From Bacteroidales bacterium (GTDB lineage Bacteria > Bacteroidota > Bacteroidia > Bacteroidales > WCHB1-69), in contig JAFXTE010000035.1 of assembly GCA_017525245.1 (NCBI GenBank), positions 2,497-66,496 of the forward strand: 64,000 bases of DNA, in the 5' to 3' direction. The notes beneath the pieces were generated by a model, which was not told the DNA's origin, made no database searches, and saw only the letters and a list, made by a program, of their open reading frames with translations. This document shows, piece after piece, positions 44,217 through 54,279 of the stretch (position 1 is the stretch's first letter; every line of letters starts with the position of its first letter). The translations under genes were made by a program, and so were the position numbers.

Positions 44217-45717
44217 GCTTTTTGTTTTTGGTTTTTTGCTGTTGGCTTTTGGGTTGAATGCGCAGAAGTACGCCCCTCAGCCCAAACCCGCTGACCCGCC
44301 GAAGCCGTACGGACCTGTGCCGACGGCCGCGCAGGTGGCTTGGCAGCGGATGGAGATGAACCTGTTCTGCCATTTCGGACCCAACACCTTCACCGGTTTG
44401 GAGTGGGGCGAGGGCACGGAGGCGGAGGACATCTTCAACCCCACCGCCCTCGACTGCAACCAGTGGGTCTCTGTGGCGAAAAACGCAGGATTCCAAGGCA
44501 TTATCCTCACCGCCAAACATCACGACGGTTTTTGTCTGTGGCCTAACCCGCAGAGCACGCACACGGTGCGCGAGAGCGTGTGGCGCAACGGAAAAGGCGA
44601 CGTGCTGAAGGAACTTTCCGAAGCTTGCAATAGGGGAGGGGTGAAGTTCGGCATCTACATTTCCCCGTGGGACCGCAACGCGCCCACCTACGGCACGAAT
44701 GCATACAACAAAGTGTTCCTCAAGACTTTACGACATGCGCACACCCATTACGGCCCTATCTTTGAGCAATGGTTTGATGGGGCCAACGGCGAGGGTCCGA
44801 ACGGCAAGAAGCAGGTCTATGACTGGAAGAAGTTCAACGGGCAGACGAAGAAGCTGCAACCCAATGCGGTGATTTTCAGTGATGTGGGGCCCGGATGCCG
44901 CTGGGTTGGCAACGAGGAGGGGAAATGCGGGCGCACCTGCTGGTCTCGGCTCGATGTAGAAGGGCGCGAACCGGGTAAGAACGCCCCGTCGCAGGACACG
45001 CTCAACGCGGGCAACTACAACGGCGCGTGCTGGATTCCCGCCGAGACGGACGTCTCCATCCGGCCGGGCTGGTTCTGGCGCGAGAGCGAGCACCCGAAGA
45101 GCGTGCAGGAACTGCTGAAGATCTACTACAATAGCGTGGGGCGCAATTCCCTGCTGCTGCTCAACGTGCCGCCCGACAGCCGCGGCCTCATCCCTGCCGA
45201 GGACTCGCTGCGCCTCATGGAGTTCCGCGCCGCGCTGGACACCATCTTCGCGCATGATTTGGCGAAAAATATCAGAAACATTTGTGTGTCGAATTTTCGC
45301 AGAGTCTATGAACCTGATCATACGGGTAATTGCTATTCGTGGCGCAATACGGTTTTTATAGAACCGTGTTGTGGCTTTTCTGTCATAGACGACGACTACG
45401 ATACTTATTGGGCTACCGATGATTCAGTGACGACTGCATGGCTGGAAATTCAGTTTTCTCAGCCAAAGACTTTCAACCGCGTCATGCTGCAGGAATACAT
45501 TCCGCTCGGCCAACGCGTGGAGAAGTTCCATGTTGAGGTGGAAGATGAGAACGGCACTTGGCGCACCATCGCTGAGGAGACCACCATCGGCTACAAGCGG
45601 ATTGTCCTTACGGAGACCGTCACCACGAAGAAGGTGCGAATCGTCATAGACAAGAGTCGAGCGTGTATTGTGCTGAATAGGGTGGGGCTGTTTATGGACA
45701 GGGTGATGGAAAATTAA
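44203..45717 (+). CDS. Alpha-L-fucosidase (GH29) with C-terminal F5/8 type C-like domain
   Basis: AWQRMEMNLFCHFGPNTFTGLEWGEG...LTAKHHDGFCLWP are typical GH29 N-terminal blocks. Signal peptide present. Confidence 0.8.
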   Translation: MRKTMLFVFGFLLLAFGLNAQKYAPQPKPADPPKPYGPVPTAAQVAWQRMEMNLFCHFGPNTFTGLEWGEGTEAEDIFNPTALDCNQWVSVAKNAGFQGIILTAKHHDGFCLWPNPQSTHTVRESVWRNGKGDVLKELSEACNRGGVKFGIYISPWDRNAPTYGTNAYNKVFLKTLRHAHTHYGPIFEQWFDGANGEGPNGKKQVYDWKKFNGQTKKLQPNAVIFSDVGPGCRWVGNEEGKCGRTCWSRLDVEGREPGKNAPSQDTLNAGNYNGACWIPAETDVSIRPGWFWRESEHPKSVQELLKIYYNSVGRNSLLLLNVPPDSRGLIPAEDSLRLMEFRAALDTIFAHDLAKNIRNICVSNFRRVYEPDHTGNCYSWRNTVFIEPCCGFSVIDDDYDTYWATDDSVTTAWLEIQFSQPKTFNRVMLQEYIPLGQRVEKFHVEVEDENGTWRTIAEETTIGYKRIVLTETVTTKKVRIVIDKSRACIVLNRVGLFMDRVMEN

Positions 45718-45851
45718 TGAAGAAACATCGGAACAACGTAAAAAAAATGTATTTTTGCGCTGGTATTTCAACGAATTATTAACAAAAAAGGAAGAGATTA
45801 TACGATAAATTTTGACATTGTAAATATATTATAAAGCGTTTTCGCTTTTTT

Positions 45852-45989
45852 GCTGCACGAAAATCTGGACAATTTTCAGCTTACCACAAAAAAGAGACGA
45901 TTCGCTTGCGATGAAAATCGTGGGCTTAATTGTTTGTGGTATAGGTGTCCAGACCTTCGTGCAGCGCAAAACAGGCTCACGATTTTTTT
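45852..45989 (+). ncRNA. Candidate structured RNA element E2 (114-nt extended hairpin plus tail ending in a T-run)
   Basis: Stems 45852-45861/45956-45965, 45864-45871/45946-45953, 45884-45890/45933-45939 and 45897-45902/45916-45921. Tail CACGAT (45978-45983) is complementary to ATCGTG (45917-45922), followed by T7. Loops are conserved with E1. Confidence 0.45.
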
Positions 45990-46059
45990 GTGTTTGTTAT
46001 GGAACAAGTGGTTATGACAGAAATAATAGCTTAAATATCAATAAATCAATACAATAATT

Positions 46060-46215
46060 ATGGCAGGAGATATAATTGACACGATGTTGGAAGGAATTTT
46101 TGAATTCTTCTCAAAGGTGATTTCCCTCATTTTCAAGGGAATCGTATGGTTATTCAGACTGATTGTCCAAAAAATTGGGCGAGGCTTAAATAAACATAAA
46201 AGTCCTGAAAAATGA
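46060..46215 (+). CDS. Small hydrophobic protein (51 aa), not in the ORF track
   Basis: Own translation: MAGDIIDTMLEGIFEFFSKVISLIFKGIVWLFRLIVQKIGRGLNKHKSPEK. Its stop overlaps the next start in an ATGA. Confidence 0.45.
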   Translation: MAGDIIDTMLEGIFEFFSKVISLIFKGIVWLFRLIVQKIGRGLNKHKSPEK

Positions 46216-47264
46216 AACTGGATTTAGGAATCGATAGCAGAAAGTCTATCTGGAATAGGTTGTTTCTTGTTACCATTGCGTTTCTGTTTTTTGTGAGCGG
46301 AAACGCACAACAGCAGTATAAAGTGAAAGCCTCTTCGCTGAATGTGCGGTCTTCCCCTAGTAAGCAGGGAGTTAAAATAGGGCGGTTGGACAGGAACGAG
46401 GTGGTGTATGTCTATGAGATGTCGGAAGACAGTGCTTGGGCCTATATCCGAATTAATGCCTTGAACGGATGGGTATCAATGGAGTATCTTGATCCTGTTG
46501 CATCGGTGGAGTCTTTGGCTGACGGACAGCTACCTTTGCATAACAGGGTGGCAAAGCAGATATCGGATTTCATGAATGACCATCACGAAGTGATTTACTG
46601 GTCTATTTTGTCTGTTGCCATTCTGCTTCTTGTATCTTTGGCCTATTCTGCATCACAAAAAGGTATGTTGTCGCCCCATTTGTGGAGACTTGGCATCATC
46701 ATCGTTTTGATGGCGGCACTGAAGAATTTTGTGTGGTTGCTACAGTGGGCGTATCCTGCCATTATATGCATGATGGTATTCTACACTTTGCTGTTCACGA
46801 GGCTCTCTGCCACAACTGCCGCAAAGGTGATACGCTGGGGTATATGGGCGTGGTGCCTCGGGGCGGTGTGGGTCTTTTTGAACGCCAATCCCGACCTTGG
46901 TGTCATGGTCTGGTGGGTGGCTGTTTTGGACGGTTTCGTCAACTGGGCATTGTTTCAATTGTTGTCAAAGAATCTGGAATCGTACGAATGTCCCTTCTGC
47001 AATGAATATGCAGAACACATTCTCGTTAGCAGTAATTTGATTTCCAGAGAGTTGAGAACTGAATATGTAGGGGAGAAAACGATAGGCTCCGGTAGAATAA
47101 CATTTAGTAGTTCAGACATTCCGGATGAGACTTATTCAATTAAAAGAAACAAGTACAATAAATATCAGTACGATAAACTCAAAGAGGAGTACAGGTGTGT
47201 GCATTGCCGCAAGATTTTCCCATGCATAAGAAGTTCTCGAACATTGGTGGCAACGGATGTGTGA
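46212..47264 (+). CDS. SH3-domain membrane protein with C-terminal Cys-pair (zinc-ribbon-like) region
   Basis: YKVKASSLNVRSSPS...GWVSMEYL is a bacterial SH3 domain. Several TM helices. CPFC...CVHC pairs. Confidence 0.65.
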   Translation: MKLDLGIDSRKSIWNRLFLVTIAFLFFVSGNAQQQYKVKASSLNVRSSPSKQGVKIGRLDRNEVVYVYEMSEDSAWAYIRINALNGWVSMEYLDPVASVESLADGQLPLHNRVAKQISDFMNDHHEVIYWSILSVAILLLVSLAYSASQKGMLSPHLWRLGIIIVLMAALKNFVWLLQWAYPAIICMMVFYTLLFTRLSATTAAKVIRWGIWAWCLGAVWVFLNANPDLGVMVWWVAVLDGFVNWALFQLLSKNLESYECPFCNEYAEHILVSSNLISRELRTEYVGEKTIGSGRITFSSSDIPDETYSIKRNKYNKYQYDKLKEEYRCVHCRKIFPCIRSSRTLVATDV

Positions 47265-47310
47265 CGATTAACTCAAATTTAAGACAATCAATTCATAAAA
47301 AACTTATAAT

Positions 47311-48834
47311 ATGAAAAAAATGACACTAAAATCAATGCTTAATTTTGTCTTAATGGCAATTGTTTCCTTCTCTATGTCTTCTCTTTCTGCCCAAAACGAT
47401 CGCGCTACCTTCGGGCTGAAGGGCAACGCGACCAATGTTTCGCCCGATCGTGGCAATTATGCGGTTTATCCTGTAGGAAGGAATGATTGGGTGAGATATG
47501 ATCTGTTGTTCTCCAACACCGGAAAATTGGAGGAGGTGAACGGAATGCATGTCACATCTGAAAGTTTCGCATACGATCATGAAATCCAGAGGGATTCCAA
47601 AAACAGGATTTCGAAACTTTCCTCCGTGGCAGGCGAAGGGTTGCAGTGGGTAGTGTTCCATTATGACGATCAGGGGCGGGTCTCCTCGGAAGATTATGTT
47701 TACGAGAATCTTGATGCAGGATCGGAAGACAACATAGGGAACACGCGGTATTATTATGATGACAACGGCAATGTGGTTAAAGCGGTGGTGTATGACGCAT
47801 ACGATTCCACAACGAACACGGTGAACTACACTTACCGCAAGACGGATGCAGCAGGAAACTGGACGGAACGGGTCGCCAACTGCCCGAACTTGGGATTGAA
47901 CAATCAGGTGGAGAAGAGAACGTTGTCATACTCTGACGAGGCAGATGCGGCTTCCACGAGTATTGACACATCGACTGCTATACAAACGGGCTCAGATGAA
48001 GGATTGGCTCCGAAGCAGCCAAAGAAAAGACCGTTTTGGGACGTCCTATTAGAGATTCTTCTTGGGATTGGCTTGATATTCATGATTGTTTATATGGGAT
48101 ATATTCTCATCTTCAGAGACCGAAATCTGTTGCCGAAAACGGTTGAGGATTTCAAGAAACAAAGAATGGATGCTGGGATGCCTGAAGAATCTTCTGAGGC
48201 GGAAAACGCACAGATAACTCAACTCTTTGATTCGTCCTATCGAAACCTCACACCATTTTTGGATGAAAACAAGAATCGGGACGAAACGTTTACCACAAAG
48301 GAGCAAATAGAACGGTTGCGTTCGGCGATAATCCAGATTCGGGAGATTGCCCCAACCCATCCAGACAAGGTGGAGGATTATAACGTCATGCTGAGGGATT
48401 ACAAAAACTTCACTAAACGTTATTTCATGGGCAGCAAAACCTATCTGATTATTGGTGGCATTATCACAGTGTTGATGGTGTTTCCGGCAGGTCTCAAGGC
48501 TATTCCGTTCATGCTGCTGAATATCTGCGGCTACTATTTCGCCAGCAAGGAAACCCAGTTTATGATCAATGCCAAGGAACTAAAGGGAACCAGTAGCAGA
48601 AACCGGTCAAAAGTGATGACAGCCATCACTGCGGCGGCTTTCGGTGTATTGTTCTCGGGACAGACCTATAAGACAGTAACTGTGTGGAGTGACGGGCATG
48701 TGGACGAAGGTGTTGATATGTCTGAACATGGGGTGGCATTGATCTTTGGCTTTATTTTGCTATTCATCTTGGCTTATTTCATGTTTGTGGTGGCGATGAT
48801 AAATTTTATTAGGAACTATTTGATTTATAAATAG
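47311..48834 (+). CDS. Hypothetical membrane protein (secreted N-terminal domain with YD-like repeats, C-terminal TM region)
   Basis: Signal peptide, YYYDDNGNVVKAVVYD-type repeats, and TM helices in the C-terminal half. Confidence 0.6.
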   Translation: MKKMTLKSMLNFVLMAIVSFSMSSLSAQNDRATFGLKGNATNVSPDRGNYAVYPVGRNDWVRYDLLFSNTGKLEEVNGMHVTSESFAYDHEIQRDSKNRISKLSSVAGEGLQWVVFHYDDQGRVSSEDYVYENLDAGSEDNIGNTRYYYDDNGNVVKAVVYDAYDSTTNTVNYTYRKTDAAGNWTERVANCPNLGLNNQVEKRTLSYSDEADAASTSIDTSTAIQTGSDEGLAPKQPKKRPFWDVLLEILLGIGLIFMIVYMGYILIFRDRNLLPKTVEDFKKQRMDAGMPEESSEAENAQITQLFDSSYRNLTPFLDENKNRDETFTTKEQIERLRSAIIQIREIAPTHPDKVEDYNVMLRDYKNFTKRYFMGSKTYLIIGGIITVLMVFPAGLKAIPFMLLNICGYYFASKETQFMINAKELKGTSSRNRSKVMTAITAAAFGVLFSGQTYKTVTVWSDGHVDEGVDMSEHGVALIFGFILLFILAYFMFVVAMINFIRNYLIYK

Positions 48835-48898
48835 ACGAACTATTCGGCGAGAATCCTTGTTCAGTTTGACAATTCAACAACAAATTATAAATTTAAAA

Positions 48899-50221
48899 AT
48901 GAAAAAACTTACAATTTTAATCACCATGATGATGTGCCTGATAACTATTTTTGCCCAGGCACCCGAGAAATTCAATTATCAGGCGGTGGTTCGCAACGCC
49001 TCGAACCAGCTGATGTCCAACGCCTCCGTGGGCGTGCGCGTAAGCATCCTGCAAGGCAGCAGTAGCGGCAGTGCGGTCTATGTTGAAACCCAGACAGTCA
49101 CCACCAACGCCAACGGGCTGATGACCGTTGAGATTGGCGGCGGAAACGCCCAGCAGGGTGCCTTCGCCAACATCGACTGGTCGAACGGTCCCTATTTCCT
49201 GAAAACCGAGACCGACCCTGACGGCGGCAGCAACTACAACGTGACCACCACCCAGCAGCTGATGAGCGTGCCGTACGCGCTGTATGCGGAGGAGGCAGGC
49301 AATAGCTTTAGCGGGGATTATAACGACCTGACCAATACGCCTGATATCCCAATTGTGCCCACAAATGTGAGTGCGTTTACAAATGATGCGGGATATATTA
49401 CAATTACAGACCTTCAGCAACTCATTGATGCCCTCAATGCCCGTATAGACAGTCTGGAGAATTTGGTCAACAACAATCCGACCCCTGCCACTCCCGACAC
49501 AGTGGATGCACAACCTTGCCCAGGTGTGCCGACTGTGACGGATTACGACGGAAATGTTTATAATACGGTGCAAATTGGACAACAGTGCTGGATGAAAGAG
49601 AATCTTAAAACGACACATTATTCGGATGGCACATTAATCCCGTTGGGAGTAAACGTAGCTTCGTACACTGAAGATTTTCGTTATTGTCCCGATAACATTG
49701 CTTCCAATGTTGTCACGTATGGATATTTGTATAATTGGAAGGCTGCGATGCATAACTATCCAACCTCAGATGCGAATCCCAGTGCAATACAAGGTGCTTG
49801 TCCAATTGGATGGCATTTGCCGAGTGATGTTGAGTGGACGCAACTTACGGATTATGTTAGTGGTAGAAGTGAGTACACATGCGACAGTGTCTATATTTTA
49901 TGGATAGCAAAATCCTTGGCGGCAAACTCAGGCTGGTACACGTACAATGATAATGTTTGTGCGGTTGGATATAACCAAGCTGACAATAATGCCACGGGTT
50001 TCTCAGCAAGACCGGCTGGATACTATATTGGAGAAACATATTATTATCCAACAGGAGGTTTAGCCTCTTTTTGGAGTTCAACTGAAGCTGGTGGGGCTGA
50101 CACGGAGACAGGTCATTATCCAACCGCCTATTCTCGTACTATGACTTCAAGTGCTGTTTACGTTATACATTCTGAGAATCTGACACAGGATGCCCTTTCT
50201 GTTCGCTGCATTAAAGACTAA
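48899..50221 (+). CDS. FISUMP-domain protein (Fibrobacter succinogenes major paralogous domain)
   Basis: Start trimmed to MKKLTILI. CPGVPTVTDYDGNVYNTVQIGQQCWMKENL...YGYLYNWKAAM...CPIGWHLPSDVEW signature. Confidence 0.8.
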   Translation: MKKLTILITMMMCLITIFAQAPEKFNYQAVVRNASNQLMSNASVGVRVSILQGSSSGSAVYVETQTVTTNANGLMTVEIGGGNAQQGAFANIDWSNGPYFLKTETDPDGGSNYNVTTTQQLMSVPYALYAEEAGNSFSGDYNDLTNTPDIPIVPTNVSAFTNDAGYITITDLQQLIDALNARIDSLENLVNNNPTPATPDTVDAQPCPGVPTVTDYDGNVYNTVQIGQQCWMKENLKTTHYSDGTLIPLGVNVASYTEDFRYCPDNIASNVVTYGYLYNWKAAMHNYPTSDANPSAIQGACPIGWHLPSDVEWTQLTDYVSGRSEYTCDSVYILWIAKSLAANSGWYTYNDNVCAVGYNQADNNATGFSARPAGYYIGETYYYPTGGLASFWSSTEAGGADTETGHYPTAYSRTMTSSAVYVIHSENLTQDALSVRCIKD

Positions 50222-50269
50222 TTTTCAGCAAATTACTGGTGATATCATAAATCAAAACAAATACAGATT

Positions 50270-50758
50270 ATGAAAAGACAAACTCTTTCCATTTTATCCC
50301 TGCTCCTTTTCGCAGGGTTCGCGTCCGCCCAGTCGGCCATTGTGCCTGCGGGCGGCGACGCTCAAAGTAACGGCGGCAGCGTGAGTTACACCGTCGGGCA
50401 GATTGCGGTGCAGACCGCTACGAACAGCAATGGTTCTTTCTCCGTGGCGGAAGGCGTTCAGCAGCCCTACGAGATTATGACCGTGGGGGTAGATGATTAT
50501 CCGCAGATCGTCCTAAGCGCTGTGGTCTATCCCAACCCCACCGAGAATCTCGCACAGCTGCAGCTTAACGGCTTCGAGATCCCCGCCGATGGTCTCCGTG
50601 CCATCCTCTACGACGGCAACGGCAAACAGTTGCAGTCTGTCACCGTTACCGATGACCTCACCCCCTTCCAGATTGGCCAGTACGCCACGGGAACCTATTA
50701 CTTGGAACTGCGAGACGAACAACGTGTGTTGAAAACGTTCAAGGTGATACGGCGATGA
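50270..50758 (+). CDS. Secreted protein with T9SS C-terminal sorting domain
   Basis: Signal peptide plus VVYPNPTEN...GTYYLEL...KVIRR tail. Confidence 0.7.
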   Translation: MKRQTLSILSLLLFAGFASAQSAIVPAGGDAQSNGGSVSYTVGQIAVQTATNSNGSFSVAEGVQQPYEIMTVGVDDYPQIVLSAVVYPNPTENLAQLQLNGFEIPADGLRAILYDGNGKQLQSVTVTDDLTPFQIGQYATGTYYLELRDEQRVLKTFKVIRR

Positions 50759-50884
50759 AACGGAATGGCGGCTTCTTAGCAAGTCGGAGATTCCGTCACC
50801 TCCTATCGTCGGCGATGGAATGGTGGTGCCGTAAGATATAATAAGACCCTATTCCAAGAGGGCTGCAAGCCCGACACGTGTCAA

Positions 50885-50950
50885 CCCAGGGTGGAGCGAA
50901 GCGAAACCCTGGGGTAGAACAGCCAGGGTGAGCGAAACGTAACCCTGGGG
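50885..50950. repeat. Two tandem hairpins CCAGGGTG..ACCCTGGGG
   Basis: cccagggtggagcgaagcgaaaccctgggg (50885-50914) and ccagggtgagcgaaacgtaaccctgggg (50923-50950). Confidence 0.65.
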
Positions 50951-50988
50951 CATCCAGAACAAATACTACAAACAAAAACATAAACAGT

Positions 50989-52974
50989 ATGAAAAAACTT
51001 ACAACCCTAATCACCATTATGGTGCTGAGCCTGACGAGCATGTTCGCGCAGGCACCCGAAAAATTCAACTATCAGGCAGTGGTTCGCAACGCCTCGAACC
51101 AGCTGATGGTCAACGCCTCCGTGGGCGTGCGTGTAAGCATCCTGCAAGGCAGTGCCAGCGGCAGTGCGGTCTATGTGGAGACCCAGACAGTCACCACCAA
51201 CGCCAACGGGCTGATGACCATCGCCATAGGCGGCGGCAATGCCCAGCAGGGCACCTTCGCCAACATTGACTGGGCAAGCGGTCCCTACTTCCTGAAAACC
51301 GAAACCGACCCGAACGGCGGCAGCAACTACAGCGTGACCACCACCCAGCAGCTGATGAGCGTACCGTATGCTTTGTACGCGAAAGAAGCCGGTAATGCGG
51401 CAGCAATTCCCACCAATGTGAGCGCGTTTACGAATGATGCAGGCTATATCACCAACGCGGACATCCCGACCGTGCCCACAAACATCAGCCAGCTTGTTAA
51501 CGATGCTGGTTATGTGACGGCTGTAGGCTGCGAGAGTGTGTCGTTGTGTGACCTCCAAGACACGCTCGCTGCCCTGCGCGACACCATCACCCTGTTGCAG
51601 GCTGCCATTGAGACGCTCACCAACCCCTACATCGAGAGCACACCGATGGTGAGTACTACGGTGGTCAGCTACATCACCCAAACCTCTGCCTATTGCGGCG
51701 GTGTTGTCACCAACATGAGCAACAACCCGGTGACAGCTCGTGGTATTTGTTGGAGCACCAACCCGCAGCCGACGCTGAGCGATGCGCACACCAACGACGG
51801 TGCCGGCGTGGGCAGCTTCACCGGACTGATGAGCGGCCTCACCCCGAACACCACCTACTACGCTCGCGCCTACGCCACCAACAGCCTCGGCACTGCGTAT
51901 GGCGCCGTGGTCTCCTTCACCACCAACGACGTGACGGCAGTGGCCGACCTGCCCACCGTGATCACCTCGCCCGTGGCCGACATCATCCAGAACCACGCCA
52001 CCTGCGGCGGTATGGTGACCGCTGACGGCGGTGCGCCTGTGACCGAACGCGGTGTCTGCTGGAGCACCAGCGCCAATCCGTCCGTTACGGGGCAGCACTC
52101 TTCCGATGGCAGCGGTTTGGGCGAGTTCATCAGCAACATTGCCGGCCTCACCGTGAATACCACCTACTATGTGCGGGCCTACGCCACCAACAGCGCGGGC
52201 ACGGCCTACGGCGAGACGTTGTCATTCACACCTGGGGTCTCCTGTCCGGGCACGCCCACCGTCACCGACTACGACGGCAACACCTACAACACCGTGCAGA
52301 TTGGCACGCAGTGCTGGATGAAGGAGAACTTGAAGACCCGCCACTATGCGGATGGGACGACGATTCCGGTGGGAAGTGTAAGCAGCAGCACTACTGCTTA
52401 TTGTTATTATCCTAATGGAAATACGAGTACTAAAGACATGTATGGAATGCTTTATAACTGGAAAGCGGTGATGAATAATTCCACACACTCAAATGCCATT
52501 CCCAGCGGAGTACAGGGAGTTTGCCCTACAGGTTGGCATGTTCCCTCCGATGCCGAGTTTACGGTGTTGACCAATTATTTAAGTAACAACGATGAATATA
52601 TATGTACATTGGAGCAGACATATATTGCAAAGGCTTTGGCGGATACTATTGGATGGAACGCCTATAATTTTGTCACTTGCAGCATTGGATATGATTTGTT
52701 GACGAATAACGCGTCTGGCTTTTCAGCAAGAGGTGCGGGATTTTATTATGCTTATTGGGATAATAGTTCTATGTCAAGTAGGAATTTCAAGGCTGATGCG
52801 GCCTTTTGGACTACTCGTGTGCCATACGATGCCACTGAGGGATTATATGATGCAGACCATGCTTATAATGTTACGATATCCAATTCATCTGCTACGGTTT
52901 CTCAAATAAGTTCAAACTATGGTCTTGATCAAGGCAAATGGCAAGGATGCTCTGTCCGTTGCCTGAAAGACTAA
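50989..52974 (+). CDS. FISUMP-domain protein, long paralogue with two inserted repeat domains
   Basis: The N-terminal about 135 aa are nearly identical to 48899..50221. Two internal repeats (CGG.VT....PVT.RG.CWST.). C-terminal FISUMP signature. Confidence 0.8.
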   Translation: MKKLTTLITIMVLSLTSMFAQAPEKFNYQAVVRNASNQLMVNASVGVRVSILQGSASGSAVYVETQTVTTNANGLMTIAIGGGNAQQGTFANIDWASGPYFLKTETDPNGGSNYSVTTTQQLMSVPYALYAKEAGNAAAIPTNVSAFTNDAGYITNADIPTVPTNISQLVNDAGYVTAVGCESVSLCDLQDTLAALRDTITLLQAAIETLTNPYIESTPMVSTTVVSYITQTSAYCGGVVTNMSNNPVTARGICWSTNPQPTLSDAHTNDGAGVGSFTGLMSGLTPNTTYYARAYATNSLGTAYGAVVSFTTNDVTAVADLPTVITSPVADIIQNHATCGGMVTADGGAPVTERGVCWSTSANPSVTGQHSSDGSGLGEFISNIAGLTVNTTYYVRAYATNSAGTAYGETLSFTPGVSCPGTPTVTDYDGNTYNTVQIGTQCWMKENLKTRHYADGTTIPVGSVSSSTTAYCYYPNGNTSTKDMYGMLYNWKAVMNNSTHSNAIPSGVQGVCPTGWHVPSDAEFTVLTNYLSNNDEYICTLEQTYIAKALADTIGWNAYNFVTCSIGYDLLTNNASGFSARGAGFYYAYWDNSSMSSRNFKADAAFWTTRVPYDATEGLYDADHAYNVTISNSSATVSQISSNYGLDQGKWQGCSVRCLKD

Positions 52975-53056
52975 CCAATCTTCAACAGGAGCCGTCAGGG
53001 TGGCGGCTCCTGTTTGCTTAAATAATCACATCAATCATTCAACAAATCAAAACATT

Positions 53057-54208
53057 ATGAAGAAAATTACAATCTTTCTCCTGTTTTCCGTTTTCACTCT
53101 CGCGCTTGTGGGATGTGGCTCTTCATCGGATAAGGCGGGAGAGGCAGACCTGTTTCCATTCGGGGATATTAATGATAAGACGGGTTATGTCAATCTGAAC
53201 GGCAAGGTCGCAATAGAGCCTCAGTTTGATTTCGCCTACATGTTTCGGGACGGTATCGCGTTAGTGTCGGTGGTGCAGGATGATGGGAAATCCCTCTTCG
53301 GTTACGTCAAGGGCAATGGTGACTACCTCCTCAAACCCCAATATGTGGCGGCTACACAGTTCAATGAAGGATTGGCCTGGGTGGTGGAGGATGGCGGCTA
53401 CCCCAAAGCCATTGACACAAAGGGCAACGTGCAGTTAGAGGCCAAAGATGTGTTGCGTGTCTGTTGCTTCTCGGAAGGCTTGGCAGCAGCCTGGTTGTCG
53501 GGGGATTTGTACAACCCTCAATGGGGATTCATTGACAAGAAAGGCAACGTGGTCGTTGAACCGGTCTATCGGGAGGTTGCATGGTTTTCGGATGGACTTG
53601 CCGCTGTTAAGGCCGATAACCGTTGGGGGTTCATTGACGCCAAAGGTAATATGGTCATTCCCGAAAAATTCTCTCATGTTAAATCGTTCCAAAATGGTCT
53701 TGCTGTTGTTTCAGGGCCTTCTTCAGCCCTTTGGGGGGCTATTGACAAAGCGGGCAAGACTGTCATTCCATTTGAATATAATGAAATGGAGGCGGACGGC
53801 GATCTCTTTTTGGTAAAGAAAGGCGATAAGACAGGCTGGATAGACAAAAGCGGAAATTGGGTGATTGACGCCCCGGGCTGCATGGCGCTTCCTTTCGCCG
53901 GTGCCGAACTTGCAGCGGTGAAGAATGAGGATTGTTATTGGGGGTATATCAATAAAAAAGGAGAGGTCGTCGTAGATTTCCAATATGTTCAGGCATGTCC
54001 TTTCTCGAATGGGAAAGCCATTGTCAGTGAGGATGACATTTGGATGAGCATCATTGATGAAAAGGGGAAGAAAGTGTCCGTGAAATCCTCGATGCTTTAT
54101 TCCTACGGCGGCCGGCGGTATCCCCAAAATGAGGTGGTGGAGTCTCTCGTGTCGGCCTATCCGTCCGTGCAAAACATGGTACACACCCATTGCGAAAACG
54201 TCAAGTAG
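53057..54208 (+). CDS. WG-repeat (KWG) lipoprotein
   Basis: Lipobox LALVGC. Repeated WGFIDKKGNVV / WGYINKKGEVV units. Confidence 0.75.
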   Translation: MKKITIFLLFSVFTLALVGCGSSSDKAGEADLFPFGDINDKTGYVNLNGKVAIEPQFDFAYMFRDGIALVSVVQDDGKSLFGYVKGNGDYLLKPQYVAATQFNEGLAWVVEDGGYPKAIDTKGNVQLEAKDVLRVCCFSEGLAAAWLSGDLYNPQWGFIDKKGNVVVEPVYREVAWFSDGLAAVKADNRWGFIDAKGNMVIPEKFSHVKSFQNGLAVVSGPSSALWGAIDKAGKTVIPFEYNEMEADGDLFLVKKGDKTGWIDKSGNWVIDAPGCMALPFAGAELAAVKNEDCYWGYINKKGEVVVDFQYVQACPFSNGKAIVSEDDIWMSIIDEKGKKVSVKSSMLYSYGGRRYPQNEVVESLVSAYPSVQNMVHTHCENVK

Positions 54209-54279
54209 CAGGAGTGTTTCAAATTCTTGGGGTGAATGTGATGCTTAAGATAAACTTCTGACGCAAAAAACTTGTTGGG

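Noticed and set aside
43657-45321. 301-aa and 197-aa minus-strand ORFs
   Set aside because: Antisense to the TonB-dependent receptor and the GH29 fucosidase.
51007-52098. 363-aa minus-strand ORF
   Set aside because: Antisense to the long FISUMP paralogue; Gly/Arg/His-rich low-complexity translation.
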